A DNA stretch of 64,000 bases from an uncultured Clostridia bacterium (lineage in GTDB: Bacteria; Bacillota; Clostridia; Christensenellales; CAG-314): positions 107,037 through 171,036 of the forward strand of contig CAKPYT010000040.1 of assembly GCA_934203075.1 (NCBI GenBank), written 5' to 3'. A model generated the notes under the pieces. The model was not told the DNA's origin. It made no database searches and saw only the letters and a list, made by a program, of their open reading frames with translations. The position numbers and the translations under genes are program-made. Positions 54,920-64,000 of this stretch are shown in pieces; position 1 is the first letter of the stretch; each line of letters opens with the position of its first letter.

Positions 54920-55644
54920 AGTTCTGGCAAGGGTTCAAAAGCGTTCTTTACCCGAGGCACTTTGCCTGTGTGGAATGTCAAAAGGAAATCTGCGGCAAGC
55001 GGTACGATCTTTGCGACGATTGCCTGCGGCGGCTGCGTTGGAACGACGGTTTCACTTGCGAAAAATGCGGGTGCGCGTTGCCCTATGTCGGCACGTTGTG
55101 CGGGCGGTGCGCAGCGGAATCGTTTGCCTTCGACAAGGGGTACAGCGCCCTGGTGTACGAAGGGCTGGCGCAGCAATTGATCCGGCGGTGGAAGTTCGAA
55201 GGAGAACGCTACCTCACGGAAGTGTTCGCTACGATTCTTGCGGATTATTACGCTACGACGAATCTTTCGTTTGACGTGGTCGTGCCGGTTCCTATGACAA
55301 AATTCGCCGAAAAATCACGCGGATTTCATCATACCGGTTTGTTGGCACGTGCTTTTTGTGATATAATACGGAAGGAATGTGACGAAACGCACCTGACGAA
55401 AAGGAGGGAAACTCCGCCGCAGGTGGGGCGCACGGCTTCCGAAAGACGAGAAAATTTAAAAGGCGCTTTTGCCGTGACGGATGCGTCGGCTTTTTCCGGC
55501 AAAAACGTTTTGCTTCTGGACGACGTAAAGACAACGGGCGCAACGGCAAACGAATGTGCGGAGGTTTTGCTTCGCGCGGGAGCCGCACGCGTTCCGCTGC
55601 TGACGATCGCAAGCGTCGCTCAGAAACTGAGATTTGAAGAATAA
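54916..55644 (+). CDS. comFC: ComF-family protein (phosphoribosyltransferase-like)
   Basis: N-terminal 4-Cys zinc ribbon (CVECQ...CDDC...CEKCG...CGRC) and PRTase motif VLLLDDVKTTGATA. It overlaps recD2 by 4 nt. Confidence 0.85.
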   Translation: MKFWQGFKSVLYPRHFACVECQKEICGKRYDLCDDCLRRLRWNDGFTCEKCGCALPYVGTLCGRCAAESFAFDKGYSALVYEGLAQQLIRRWKFEGERYLTEVFATILADYYATTNLSFDVVVPVPMTKFAEKSRGFHHTGLLARAFCDIIRKECDETHLTKRRETPPQVGRTASERRENLKGAFAVTDASAFSGKNVLLLDDVKTTGATANECAEVLLRAGAARVPLLTIASVAQKLRFEE

Positions 55645-55655
55645 AGGAGAAACAA

Positions 55656-58304
55656 ATGGGTATTTTTTCCGCTATTTTCGGAAATGAGAACACCAAAAAG
55701 GTAAAACAGTTGGAAAAAATCGCCGCCAGAGTAGAAGCTTTGGACGAGGCGTATCGCAGCAAGACGGATGAGGAGCTGCAATCCGTAACGCCGTGGCTGA
55801 AAGAACGGTTTGCAAACGGCGAAACTCTGGACGATCTCTTGCCGGACGCATTTGCGGCCATGCGGGAGGCCGCCGGACGAGTGCTGAACATGCGGCACTT
55901 TCACGTGCAGCTTCTGGGAGGAATTGCGCTGCACCAGGGCCGCATTGCGGAAATGTCCACCGGCGAAGGCAAAACGTTGGTCGCCACGTTACCGGCGTAT
56001 CTGAACGCCATTTCCGGAAAGGGCGTACATATCGTTACGGTCAACGACTACCTCGCCAAGCGTGACGCAGAGTGGATGGGGAAAGTCTATCGCTTTCTGG
56101 GGCTGACCGTCGGTGTGGTATTGCCGAATATGAACACGCTGCAAAAGCAGGAAGCCTACGCGTGCGACGTGGTGTATGCCACCAACAACGAACTCGGGTT
56201 CGACTATCTGCGCGACAACATGGCGGTGAACAAAGCCGAAGTTGTGCAAAGACCGTTGAACTTTGCGATTGTGGACGAAGTAGACAGTATTTTAATCGAC
56301 GAAGCACGTACCCCTTTGATCATTTCCGGCAGGGGCGAAGAAAGCACGGAATTGTACCAAACGGTAAATCGCTTTGTCAAAACGCTGAAAAAAGGCGAAG
56401 ATTATGAGCTGGACGAAAAAGAAAAAGCCGTGCGTATTACGGAAAGCGGAATCGCCAAGGCAGAATCGTACTTCCGCATCGATAACTTTGCGGATATCGA
56501 AAACACTACACTGAACCATCACGTGCAGCAGGCGCTGAAGGCCCATGCCGTAATGAAGCGGGATAGCGACTATATCGTGGAGAACGGTGAAATCGTGATT
56601 GTGGACGAGTTCACAGGGCGTAAGATGGAGGGGCGCCGGTTCAGTGCCGGGTTGCACCAGGCCATTGAAGCGAAGGAGAACGTTCGCGTCCGCGCAGAAA
56701 ACAAAACGCTTGCCACGATTACGTTTCAGAATTTCTTCCGTCTGTATCACAAACTGAGCGGTATGACGGGTACCGCAAAAACGGAAGAGGGCGAGTTCAA
56801 CGCCATTTACCAGTTGGACGTGGTGCAAATCCCGACTAATCGGCCGAACATCCGTATCGATTACGACGATATTATTTATTCCACCCGAAAGGGCAAGTTA
56901 AAGCATATTGCGGATGACGTGGCAGAACGTGCCGCAACCGGTCAGCCGATTCTGATCGGCACCATCACGGTGGAAAAATCCGAAGAACTCAGCAAACTGC
57001 TGATGCTTCGTAAGGTAAAGCACAACGTGCTGAATGCCAAAAATCACGAACGCGAGGCAGAAATCGTTGCGCAGGCCGGCAGACTCGGTGCGGTTACCAT
57101 TGCAACCAACATGGCCGGGCGCGGAACGGATATCCTTTTGGGAGGAAATCCGGACTTTTTGGCAAAACAGGAAATGCTCCGGAAAGGGTACAATCAGGAT
57201 CAGATTTCCAAAGCCACTTCTTATGCGGAGGGGGACGAAGAAACCAAAGAGTTGCAGCGCGTTTATCGCACCGCATACGAAGCGTATCGACAGCATACGG
57301 AGGAAGAAAAGCAAAAAGTCGTAGAACTTGGCGGTTTGCATATCATCGGTACCGAGCGCCACGACAGCCGTCGTATCGACAATCAGCTGCGCGGCCGTGC
57401 CGGGCGTCAGGGGGATCCGGGTTCCAGCGTGTTCTTCCTTTCGTTGGAGGACGATCTGGCACGCGTTTTCGGCGGCGAAGCGATGCAGCGCGCCTATTCG
57501 TTTTTGAAGATCGATGAGGACACTCCCATTTCGCAAAAGATGATTACGCGTGCCATCGAAAATGCGCAAAAGCGCATCGAAGGGCAGAATTTCGCCTCCC
57601 GGAAATACGTCCTGCAATACGACGACGTGATGAACTATCAGCGCAAGTTGATTTACGAAGAGCGCAACAAAGTGCTGAACGGCGAGGACGTGCATGAAGA
57701 TATCCGCAAGATGATCCCTTCCGTTGTGGCGGACGTGCTCGGCGAATTAAGTTTCGTGTCCTCCCCGCTGGACGAATGGGACGCGAAAGAAGTGAACGAT
57801 TTGTTAAAGCGTACGCTGTTAAAGACGGATGTGTTCACGGAAGAAAGCAGAGAACTTTCTTATGCCGATTTTGCGGAAATCGTCGCACAAAAAACAGAGG
57901 AAGCCCTGAATGCCCGCTTCGACGAACTGCGGGAGATGTTTGATTTCAAGGAAGCGGAACGCTTTATTCTGCTCAAAGTGGTGGATCAGCACTGGATGGA
58001 CCACCTCGACACGATGGAGCAGTTAAAACGCGGAATCGGGCTGAGAGCCTTCGGAAATCACGACCCGATTGTGGCGTACAAAAACGAAGGGTACGATTTG
58101 TTTGAAAAAATGGTGGATCGTATCAAACGCGATACGGTAAGCTATTGCTTAAAGGCAGAGTTCAGCAGCACCCCGCCGAAGCGTACGGCAGTAAAACCGA
58201 CGCAGAATCCCGCAAACCCGGCGCAGGGGGCCGTCAGCAGAAATTCGCCCTGTCCTTGCGGCAGCGGCAAAAAGTATAAACATTGTTGCGGTAAGAACCG
58301 GTAA
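55656..58304 (+). CDS. secA: Preprotein translocase ATPase SecA
   Basis: MSTGEGKTLVATLP, DEVDSILIDEARTPLIISG, TNMAGRGTDI and a C-terminal zinc motif CPCGSGKKYKHCCG. Confidence 0.96.
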   Translation: MGIFSAIFGNENTKKVKQLEKIAARVEALDEAYRSKTDEELQSVTPWLKERFANGETLDDLLPDAFAAMREAAGRVLNMRHFHVQLLGGIALHQGRIAEMSTGEGKTLVATLPAYLNAISGKGVHIVTVNDYLAKRDAEWMGKVYRFLGLTVGVVLPNMNTLQKQEAYACDVVYATNNELGFDYLRDNMAVNKAEVVQRPLNFAIVDEVDSILIDEARTPLIISGRGEESTELYQTVNRFVKTLKKGEDYELDEKEKAVRITESGIAKAESYFRIDNFADIENTTLNHHVQQALKAHAVMKRDSDYIVENGEIVIVDEFTGRKMEGRRFSAGLHQAIEAKENVRVRAENKTLATITFQNFFRLYHKLSGMTGTAKTEEGEFNAIYQLDVVQIPTNRPNIRIDYDDIIYSTRKGKLKHIADDVAERAATGQPILIGTITVEKSEELSKLLMLRKVKHNVLNAKNHEREAEIVAQAGRLGAVTIATNMAGRGTDILLGGNPDFLAKQEMLRKGYNQDQISKATSYAEGDEETKELQRVYRTAYEAYRQHTEEEKQKVVELGGLHIIGTERHDSRRIDNQLRGRAGRQGDPGSSVFFLSLEDDLARVFGGEAMQRAYSFLKIDEDTPISQKMITRAIENAQKRIEGQNFASRKYVLQYDDVMNYQRKLIYEERNKVLNGEDVHEDIRKMIPSVVADVLGELSFVSSPLDEWDAKEVNDLLKRTLLKTDVFTEESRELSYADFAEIVAQKTEEALNARFDELREMFDFKEAERFILLKVVDQHWMDHLDTMEQLKRGIGLRAFGNHDPIVAYKNEGYDLFEKMVDRIKRDTVSYCLKAEFSSTPPKRTAVKPTQNPANPAQGAVSRNSPCPCGSGKKYKHCCGKNR

Positions 58305-58370
58305 CGCACGCAAAAAATTACTACAAAAGCGTCGTTGAAATCGAAAACAGAAAAAAGGAGTTGATCTATT

Positions 58371-59469
58371 GTGATTCAAGTCGAAGATTTGAAAAGAACT
58401 TTGAAAGAACTATCGCAAAAACTAAACAAGATAGGTGAGTCCCTTTGACTTGCCGAAATTAAAGGCTCAGTTAGAGGATTTAACCAAACAACAGCACGCC
58501 GAGGATTTCTGGACGGACGTGAACCGTGCCCAGGAGGTGTCCCAACAGGCAAAGCGGATCGAGACCAAAATCCGTACTTACGAAAAGCTTTCTGTCGAAC
58601 TGCAAAGCGCCGCGGAACTGGCAGACATGGGGGACGAGTTTGGCGAAGAAGCGTTGGAAGAAACGTACGATGCCTGCAAAATGCTGGGGGTGGAAATCAA
58701 CAAACTGCACCTTGCAACGCTGCTTCGCGGCAAGTATGACGCAAACAACGCCATTTTGACGTTGCATGCGGGGGCCGGCGGTACGGAAAGCCAGGACTGG
58801 GTCAGCATGCTGTATCGTATGTACGTGCGCTACAGCGAGCGTCGTGGCTATAAAGTCGCCGAGCTGGACTGCCTGCCCGGGGACGAAGCCGGCATCAAAA
58901 GCGTCACTTTTTCCGTCAGCGGCGAAAACGCCTACGGCTATCTCAAAGCGGAAAAGGGAGTGCACCGTCTGGTGCGCATTTCCCCGTTCGATGCAAACAA
59001 GCGCAGGCAAACCTCTTTTGCCTCTCTGGAAGTGATGCCGGAAATCGAAAACTCTTCCGATGTGGTCATCGACGAAAAGGATTTGAAAATCGATACCTAT
59101 CGCAGCAGCGGCGCGGGCGGGCAGCACGTCAACAAAACGGAAAGTGCCATCCGCATCACGCACTTGCCGACGGGCATCGTGGTAGCCTGTCAGAACGAGC
59201 GCAGCCAGATTCAGAACCGGGAACAGGCTATGAACATGCTGCGCAGCAAACTGATCGAACTGAAAGAGCGGCAGCAAATGGAAGAGGCCATGGCTATCAA
59301 GGGTGAAATTAAAAAAATCGAGTGGGGCAGCCAGATCCGCAGTTACGTTTTTTGCCCGTACACGTTGGTGAAAGATCACCGCACCGGGTACGAGAATCCG
59401 AACGTAGCCGACGTGATGGACGGAAACATTCAACCGTTTATCGAGGATTACCTCTCCAAAGCGCTGTAA
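58371..59469 (+). CDS. prfB: Peptide chain release factor 2 (requires programmed +1 frameshift at 58446)
   Basis: Frame 0 runs GTG 58371 ... GGT GAG TCC CTT TGA (stop at 58446..58448). The +1 frame continues GAC TTG CCG through the SPF (RISPFD) and GGQ (SGAGGQHVN) motifs to 59469. Confidence 0.92.
58434..58449 (+). promoter_or_regulatory. prfB +1 frameshift site (internal SD-like GGTGAG, then CTT TGA C)
   Basis: The slippery CTT, the in-frame TGA followed by C, and a purine-rich SD-like element a few nt upstream were all read directly from the sequence. Confidence 0.85.
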
Positions 59470-59596
59470 CCTTTCCGAATCCGGAACACGTTTGTTCGGG
59501 CGGGCACGGAGAAACGAAAAAATCAAAAACAACCGCCGTTCGGCAGAAAACGGAGACATCGCCGACGGGCGGGGTTATGAAAAGAAGAAAAAAGAA

Positions 59597-60649
59597 ATGC
59601 AAGAAAAGTGGCAACAACTGCAAACCAAGCGAGACGTGCTTCTATTGGGAATCGAATCGTCGTGCGATGAAACGGCATGCGCCGTGGTTCGAAACGGTCG
59701 GGAGATTTTAAGCAACGTCATTCTGAGTCAGATTGAAATTCATCGGCTTTACGGCGGTGTCGTGCCGGAAATCGCCAGCCGCAACCACGTGGAAGCGATT
59801 GACGTCGTATGCAAACGTGCGCTGCAGGAGGCGGGCGTTTCCGCAACCGATCTGGATGCCGTTGCCGTTACTTACGGGGCAGGGCTGGTCGGTGCGCTGC
59901 TGGTCGGCGTGTCCTTTGCCAAAGCCTTTGCGCAGGCACTGCAGATTCCTCTCGTTGCCGTAAATCACATCGAGGGGCACATTTGCGCGAACTATCTGAC
60001 GCACCCGCAGTTGCAGCCGCCTTATCTGTGCTTGCTGACCAGCGGCGGACATACCGCTCTGGTGAAGGTGTCGGACTATACTTCTTACGAGGTACTCGCC
60101 TCCACGGTGGACGATGCCGTCGGCGAAGCGTTCGATAAAGTCGCAAGGTGTTTGTCTTTGCCCTATCCCGGCGGGCCGCAAATCGATCGGCTGGCAAAAG
60201 ACGTGGAACCGCAAATCCGGTTTCATTCGGCCTTGCTGCCGGATGGCAACTTTTCGTACAGCGGATTAAAAACCGGCGTCATCAATTATTTGCATCGCGC
60301 CGAACAACGCGGCGAGCCGGTGGATCGCGCCCAGGTCGCGGCCGCTTTTACGCGCGCCGCTTTGGACGGGCTCGTGACCCGTGCCGTGCAGGAGTGCGAA
60401 AAGCAGGGACTTTCTACTTTGGCGGTGGCGGGGGGCGTCGGGGCAAACAGTTACCTGCGCGAGCGCTTGCGGCAGGAAGGCGAAAAGCATCGGCTGCACG
60501 TGTTGCTGCCCCGTCCGGATCTGTGTACGGACAACGCCGCCATGATTGCTTCGCAGGGGTACTATCTGGCAAGAGCAGGGCAGGGCAAGGCAGATCTCAC
60601 GTTAAATGCCATGCCGACGCTGAAATTGCGGTTTTCGGTAAAAAATTGA
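59597..60649 (+). CDS. tsaD: tRNA N6-adenosine threonylcarbamoyltransferase TsaD (Gcp/Kae1)
   Basis: LLGIESSCDETACAVV, NHIEGH, GGHT and AGGVGANS motifs. The start is uncertain: ATG 59597 or GTG 59636. The ORF-track start at 59492 is an extension. Confidence 0.9.
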   Translation: MQEKWQQLQTKRDVLLLGIESSCDETACAVVRNGREILSNVILSQIEIHRLYGGVVPEIASRNHVEAIDVVCKRALQEAGVSATDLDAVAVTYGAGLVGALLVGVSFAKAFAQALQIPLVAVNHIEGHICANYLTHPQLQPPYLCLLTSGGHTALVKVSDYTSYEVLASTVDDAVGEAFDKVARCLSLPYPGGPQIDRLAKDVEPQIRFHSALLPDGNFSYSGLKTGVINYLHRAEQRGEPVDRAQVAAAFTRAALDGLVTRAVQECEKQGLSTLAVAGGVGANSYLRERLRQEGEKHRLHVLLPRPDLCTDNAAMIASQGYYLARAGQGKADLTLNAMPTLKLRFSVKN

Positions 60650-60756
60650 ATTGTTTTTCTAAAATAGCAAGTCGAAGGGCTTGCTTTTTTTTCTTCTATT
60701 TCGAACAGACCTCTCGTACAATAAAAAGAAGTGTTACACGCCTTTCGTGAAACAGA

Positions 60757-60800
60757 TTATCCACAAAAACGTATGTTCATGTGGATAAGATTGTGGATAA
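60757..60800. promoter_or_regulatory. DnaA-box cluster B
   Basis: Three perfect 9-mers within 44 bp: TTATCCACA at 60757..60765, and TGTGGATAA at 60780..60788 and 60792..60800. Confidence 0.75.
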
Positions 60801-60854
60801 GTCCGGCGTTTGCGCACGAAAAGCGCAACTTCAATTCGTTTACGAGGGAAAGAA

Positions 60855-61553
60855 ATGATTATCTCCGACAGAACGTCCCGTATTTTTATCGTAACGGCGT
60901 TGCTCATTTTGTGCATCACGTTTCTTTGTGCCGCAATTTCTACGGAGCCGGCAACCGCTTATCCGTTTACCGTCGTGTTGGATGCGGGGCACGGAGGAAT
61001 CGACGGCGGGGTGGTGGGGCGCACCACCGGGGTGAAGGAATGCGATTTGAATCTGCAAGTGACGCTTGCCGCCAAAGAAGTACTGGAAGGGTGCGGGTTT
61101 CGCGTCGTGCTGACGCGCAGCGACGGCAACGGTTTGTACGGCAGTTCTTCCGGCGGGTTCAAAAAGCGCGATATGTTGCGGCGAAAAGCCGTGATTTGCG
61201 AAAGCGGTGCGGATCTGGTGGTCAGCATTCATATGAACTATTTTTCCCTTCCCTCCCGCAGCGGGGCACAGGTGTTTTTTAACGAAAAGGTTCCGGAGAG
61301 TGAAAAACTCGCCCAAAACATACAGGCAACGTTAAACGCACTGTCCAATCGGCAGTACGCCGCCCTGAAAGGGGATTATTTTATTCTGCAATGTGCCGAC
61401 GTTCCCTCCGTCATCGTGGAATGCGGGTTTTTAAGCAATGCGGAGGAGGAGCGAAAACTGCAGGAAGCGGCATACCAGAAAACACTGGCGGAAAAGATTA
61501 CGGAAGGGATCTTGCTGTATCTGGCAGAGTCCGCCCCGCAAGGGCTGTACTGA
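60855..61553 (+). CDS. cwlD: N-acetylmuramoyl-L-alanine amidase (CwlD-like)
   Basis: N-terminal TM segment, then VVLDAGHGGIDGG, LVVSIHMN and VIVECGFLSN amidase_3 motifs. The ~230-aa size matches germination-specific CwlD. Confidence 0.7.
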   Translation: MIISDRTSRIFIVTALLILCITFLCAAISTEPATAYPFTVVLDAGHGGIDGGVVGRTTGVKECDLNLQVTLAAKEVLEGCGFRVVLTRSDGNGLYGSSSGGFKKRDMLRRKAVICESGADLVVSIHMNYFSLPSRSGAQVFFNEKVPESEKLAQNIQATLNALSNRQYAALKGDYFILQCADVPSVIVECGFLSNAEEERKLQEAAYQKTLAEKITEGILLYLAESAPQGLY

Positions 61554-61646
61554 ACGGTTGGCAGGACCCGTCGGCGAAACGGCATCCGAAAGTCCGATCC
61601 GAAAATCGAAGGGCGGCGGGAATCGAAACGGAGCCAAGTTTTCCGG

Positions 61647-61677
61647 GCGGAAGCGTTAAAAGCGCTTCCGCTTTTTT
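61647..61677 (+). terminator. Rho-independent terminator
   Basis: GCGGAAGCG-TTAAAAG-CGCTTCCGC stem-loop followed by TTTTTT. Confidence 0.85.
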
Positions 61678-61741
61678 ATTTTAGGGAAAAAAGAGCGGAG
61701 AAGTTTCGGTATTTTCCGTTGCCCGTTCGTAGCCCCGTTCT

Positions 61742-61775
61742 GTTTTTGAAAGACTGTTTTGTTTTTGAAAGACTG
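61742..61775. repeat. 15-bp tandem direct repeat GTTTTTGAAAGACTG (2 copies, 4-nt spacer)
   Basis: Copies at 61742..61756 and 61761..61775 within a ~400-bp non-coding stretch. Confidence 0.8.
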
Positions 61776-62014
61776 CGGAGTGCGGTCCCGGGGAGATGGC
61801 GGGGAAAGAAAGAGAGAACGGTTTTGCGGAGTCCGGTGCCGTTTCTTTTGCGTTTACCTGCGCTTTGTCGGCCGGAGGGGTTCTCTCCGTTTTGCGTGAG
61901 GCATTTTCCGGGAGAAAGAAGTCGCCCGGAGGGAGGGCGCCGAAAATCCGCAGAGTCCGTGCGAAGGGGCTCGAAGGGAAAATAAGAATCGATTGCAGAA
62001 CTTGTTTTCGAATC

Positions 62015-62043
62015 TGGACAAGATACCCATAGTGTGGTATAAT
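62015..62043 (+). promoter_or_regulatory. Sigma-A promoter with extended -10 for mrnC-thyX-rlmB
   Basis: TGGACA, 17 nt ending in TGG, then TATAAT (TGnTATAAT). Confidence 0.65.
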
Positions 62044-62090
62044 AACTTAATCGTGCAGTCCTGCGCTTCGGTGCGGGGAAAGGAGCTTCC

Positions 62091-62489
62091 GTGAATTATT
62101 TTTCCGTTATGAACAGCGAAAAAGCCAAAGCGCTGAACACGCTGACGCTTGCTTTTATCGGCGACGCCGTGCACACTCTGTACGAACGGGAAGAGTGTGT
62201 GCATCAATCGGACGCAAAGGCAGGCGTTTTACATCTGCGTGTGACGGAAAAAGTGAAGGCGGCGGCGCAGGCCGGGCTTGCGGATGCGTTGCAAACGGTC
62301 TTTACGGAAGAAGAACTGGAGATTTATCACCGCGGGCGCAATTGCAAAAGCCACACGGTGGCAAAGCATGCCAGCGTGGAGGATTATCGTAAAGCCACGG
62401 GGCTGGAAGCAGTGTTGGGTTATTTGTACCTGACGGGCAACCGGCAAAGAATCGTGCAGTTGCTGCAGCTGCAGGAAAAAGCAAAATAA
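62091..62489 (+). CDS. mrnC: Mini-ribonuclease III
   Basis: LAFIGDAV, RGRN and LEAVLGYLYL motifs. ~130 aa, GTG start after AAAGGAG. Confidence 0.88.
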   Translation: MNYFSVMNSEKAKALNTLTLAFIGDAVHTLYEREECVHQSDAKAGVLHLRVTEKVKAAAQAGLADALQTVFTEEELEIYHRGRNCKSHTVAKHASVEDYRKATGLEAVLGYLYLTGNRQRIVQLLQLQEKAK

Positions 62490-62524
62490 ACAATCACGGG
62501 CGACACGTCGCAAAGGAGAAAACG

Positions 62525-63271
62525 ATGCCGGCAGTAAAACCACTCGTAACGTTACTGGAATATACAACCCATCCGGAAATGACGGTAGCAAAAGCCGCAA
62601 AATTATGCTATTCCGATTCCACCATCGAAGAAATCGGCGAAAAACTGACGGAGGAAGATACCGCAAAGTTCATTCGGCGTCTGGCGTCGTTCGGGCATCA
62701 GTCTCCGGTGGAGCACGCCAGTTTCACGTTCGGGATCGAAGGAGTTTCCCGGGCACTGCTTGCGCAGATCTCGCGCCATCGTATCGCAAGTTTTTCGGTC
62801 AAAAGTCAGCGATACGTCTCCTGTGCGGAGGATTTTAATTACATCGTGCCGAACAGTATCGTCGCTCTCGGCGAAACGGCCGTTGCGGAATATACGGCAC
62901 AGATGAAACAGATCGGCCAATGGTATGCATATTGGCAATCCCGTTTGGGAGAGGGCGAAAAAAGCAACGAGGACGCGCGTTTCGTGCTTCCCAACGCTTG
63001 CGAAACGAAAATGGTTGTGACGATGAACGCCCGCGAACTGCTGCACTTTTTTGAATTGCGGTGCTGCAACCGTGCACAGTGGGAGATTCGCGAAGTGGCA
63101 TGGCAGATGCTGCGGTTGGTATTGACCGTCGCTCCCAATTTGTTTGAAAAAGCAGGGCCGAAGTGTGTGAACGGCAGTTGCGGCGAAGGAAAAATGAGTT
63201 GTAAAAAGGCGGAAGAAGTCCGCGCATATCAACAAGGGCTCGTGAACGAAGCAAAAGAGGCAAGAAAATGA
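62525..63271 (+). CDS. thyX: FAD-dependent thymidylate synthase ThyX
   Basis: ThyX signature RHRIASFSVKSQRY, plus GHQSPVEH and MNARELLHF. Confidence 0.92.
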   Translation: MPAVKPLVTLLEYTTHPEMTVAKAAKLCYSDSTIEEIGEKLTEEDTAKFIRRLASFGHQSPVEHASFTFGIEGVSRALLAQISRHRIASFSVKSQRYVSCAEDFNYIVPNSIVALGETAVAEYTAQMKQIGQWYAYWQSRLGEGEKSNEDARFVLPNACETKMVVTMNARELLHFFELRCCNRAQWEIREVAWQMLRLVLTVAPNLFEKAGPKCVNGSCGEGKMSCKKAEEVRAYQQGLVNEAKEARK

Positions 63272-63981
63272 AAATCGAAGGCCGCAATGCGGTGAAAGAG
63301 GCATTGCAAAGCGAAAAAGAAATCGACGTTCTTCTGGTCGAAAAGGGAATTCATCACGAAATCCTTTCGCTGGCGCGGGAGCGCGGCGTAAAAATTCAAT
63401 TTGTGGACAGAGCCGTATTGGATCGGGAAAGCGTCACGAAGCGTCATCAGGGGTTCCTTGCCAAAGTCAGCGAGTTCCGGTACAGCGAAACGGAAGATTT
63501 GCTGGCTTCTGCCAGGGAAAAGGGGCACGATCCCTTCCTCGTGCTGCTGGACGGTATCGAGGATCCGCATAATCTCGGCAGCATTCTGCGTGTGTGCGAG
63601 TGTGCCGGGGTGGATGGCGTCATCATTCCCAAAAACAGAGCCGTGCCGGTGAACGAAACGGTCGTGCGCTGTTCGGCGGGGGCAAGCGAACATATGAAGG
63701 TCGCCCGCGTTACGAACCTGAACCAGACCATCGAGTATTTGCAGTCGCAAGGAGTCTGGGTGTATTGTACGGATATGGACGGCGAAAGCGTTTACGGCAC
63801 TTCCCTCACGGGGCCGATTGCCTTCGTCATCGGCAGCGAGGGGTTCGGTGTGCGCCAGCTCACGAAAAAACTGTGCGATAAAACGGTCAGCCTGCCGGTG
63901 CTCGGCAAGGTAAACAGTCTGAACGCTTCCGTCGCGTGCGGCATCGTCGTGTACGAAGCGGTTCGGCAAAGGATGAAATAA
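63268..63981 (+). CDS. rlmB: 23S rRNA (guanosine-2'-O)-methyltransferase RlmB / TrmH-family
   Basis: SpoU motifs LDGIEDPHNLGSILR, GSEGFGV and SLNASVA. It overlaps thyX by 4 nt. Confidence 0.88.
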   Translation: MKIEGRNAVKEALQSEKEIDVLLVEKGIHHEILSLARERGVKIQFVDRAVLDRESVTKRHQGFLAKVSEFRYSETEDLLASAREKGHDPFLVLLDGIEDPHNLGSILRVCECAGVDGVIIPKNRAVPVNETVVRCSAGASEHMKVARVTNLNQTIEYLQSQGVWVYCTDMDGESVYGTSLTGPIAFVIGSEGFGVRQLTKKLCDKTVSLPVLGKVNSLNASVACGIVVYEAVRQRMK

Positions 63982-64000
63982 CAAATGAAAATCGAGGGAT

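Noticed and set aside
59492-59596. Upstream extension of the tsaD ORF (MFGRARRNEKIKNN...).
   Set aside because: TsaD proteins begin a few residues before the LGIE(S/T)SCDET motif. The extension is Lys/Arg-rich intergenic read-through.
61742-61775. CRISPR-like or other repeat array.
   Set aside because: There are only two 15-bp copies with a 4-nt spacer and no cas genes. No other array-like periodicity was noticed anywhere in the window.

Overview
This is a 64-kb chromosomal segment from a mid-GC Firmicutes/Clostridia-type bacterium, probably a spore former. GC is roughly 50-55% by eye and was not computed. The taxonomic call rests on AddAB, a DnaD-domain plus DnaI/DnaC-like loader pair, a CwlD-like amidase, mini-RNase III, comFC-secA-prfB synteny and a GGGtGRT-family gene. 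The window is densely coding and mostly on the + strand. From left to right it contains: (1) a complete phosphate module (Na/Pi cotransporter with PhoU-like tail, pstSCAB-phoU, PhoP/PhoR-type two-component system); (2) a GGGtGRT protein with an IscU/NifU-like partner; (3) a PHP phosphoesterase, a VanW protein, an orphan gene and a lipoprotein; (4) addBA; (5) a ~6.6-kb block that looks AT-richer with different codon choice (LysR regulator, aldo/keto reductase, four flavoproteins, esterase, decayed gene remnant); (6) a YfcE-like phosphodiesterase, a membrane protein and a large surface protein; (7) a MerR/GyrI regulator; (8) three tandem, individually terminated FMN_bind-domain lipoproteins; (9) a five-gene Opp/Dpp-type importer and a MacB-like fused ABC protein; (10) two tRNA-Thr genes; (11) the DnaD-domain and DnaI/DnaC-like genes; (12) a 1057-aa Rad50/SbcC-architecture coiled-coil protein with a central CxxC hook but degenerate ATPase motifs, plus an orphan partner; (13) a SAM-I riboswitch and metK; (14) recD2-comFC-secA-prfB (+1 frameshift)-tsaD; (15) a CwlD-like amidase; (16) mrnC-thyX-rlmB. 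I saw no CRISPR array, rRNA, transposase, integrase or phage gene. The most unusual items are the ATPase-dead Rad50-like protein, the triplicated stand-alone exported FMN_bind lipoproteins (one lacking the flavinylation Thr), an apparently circularly permuted PstS, two tight clusters of perfect DnaA boxes far from any dnaA gene (one directly downstream of tsaD/gcp), and the uncharacterised GGGtGRT/IscU-like pair. Coordinates of shortened starts were derived arithmetically from the ORF track. Nothing was searched against databases.
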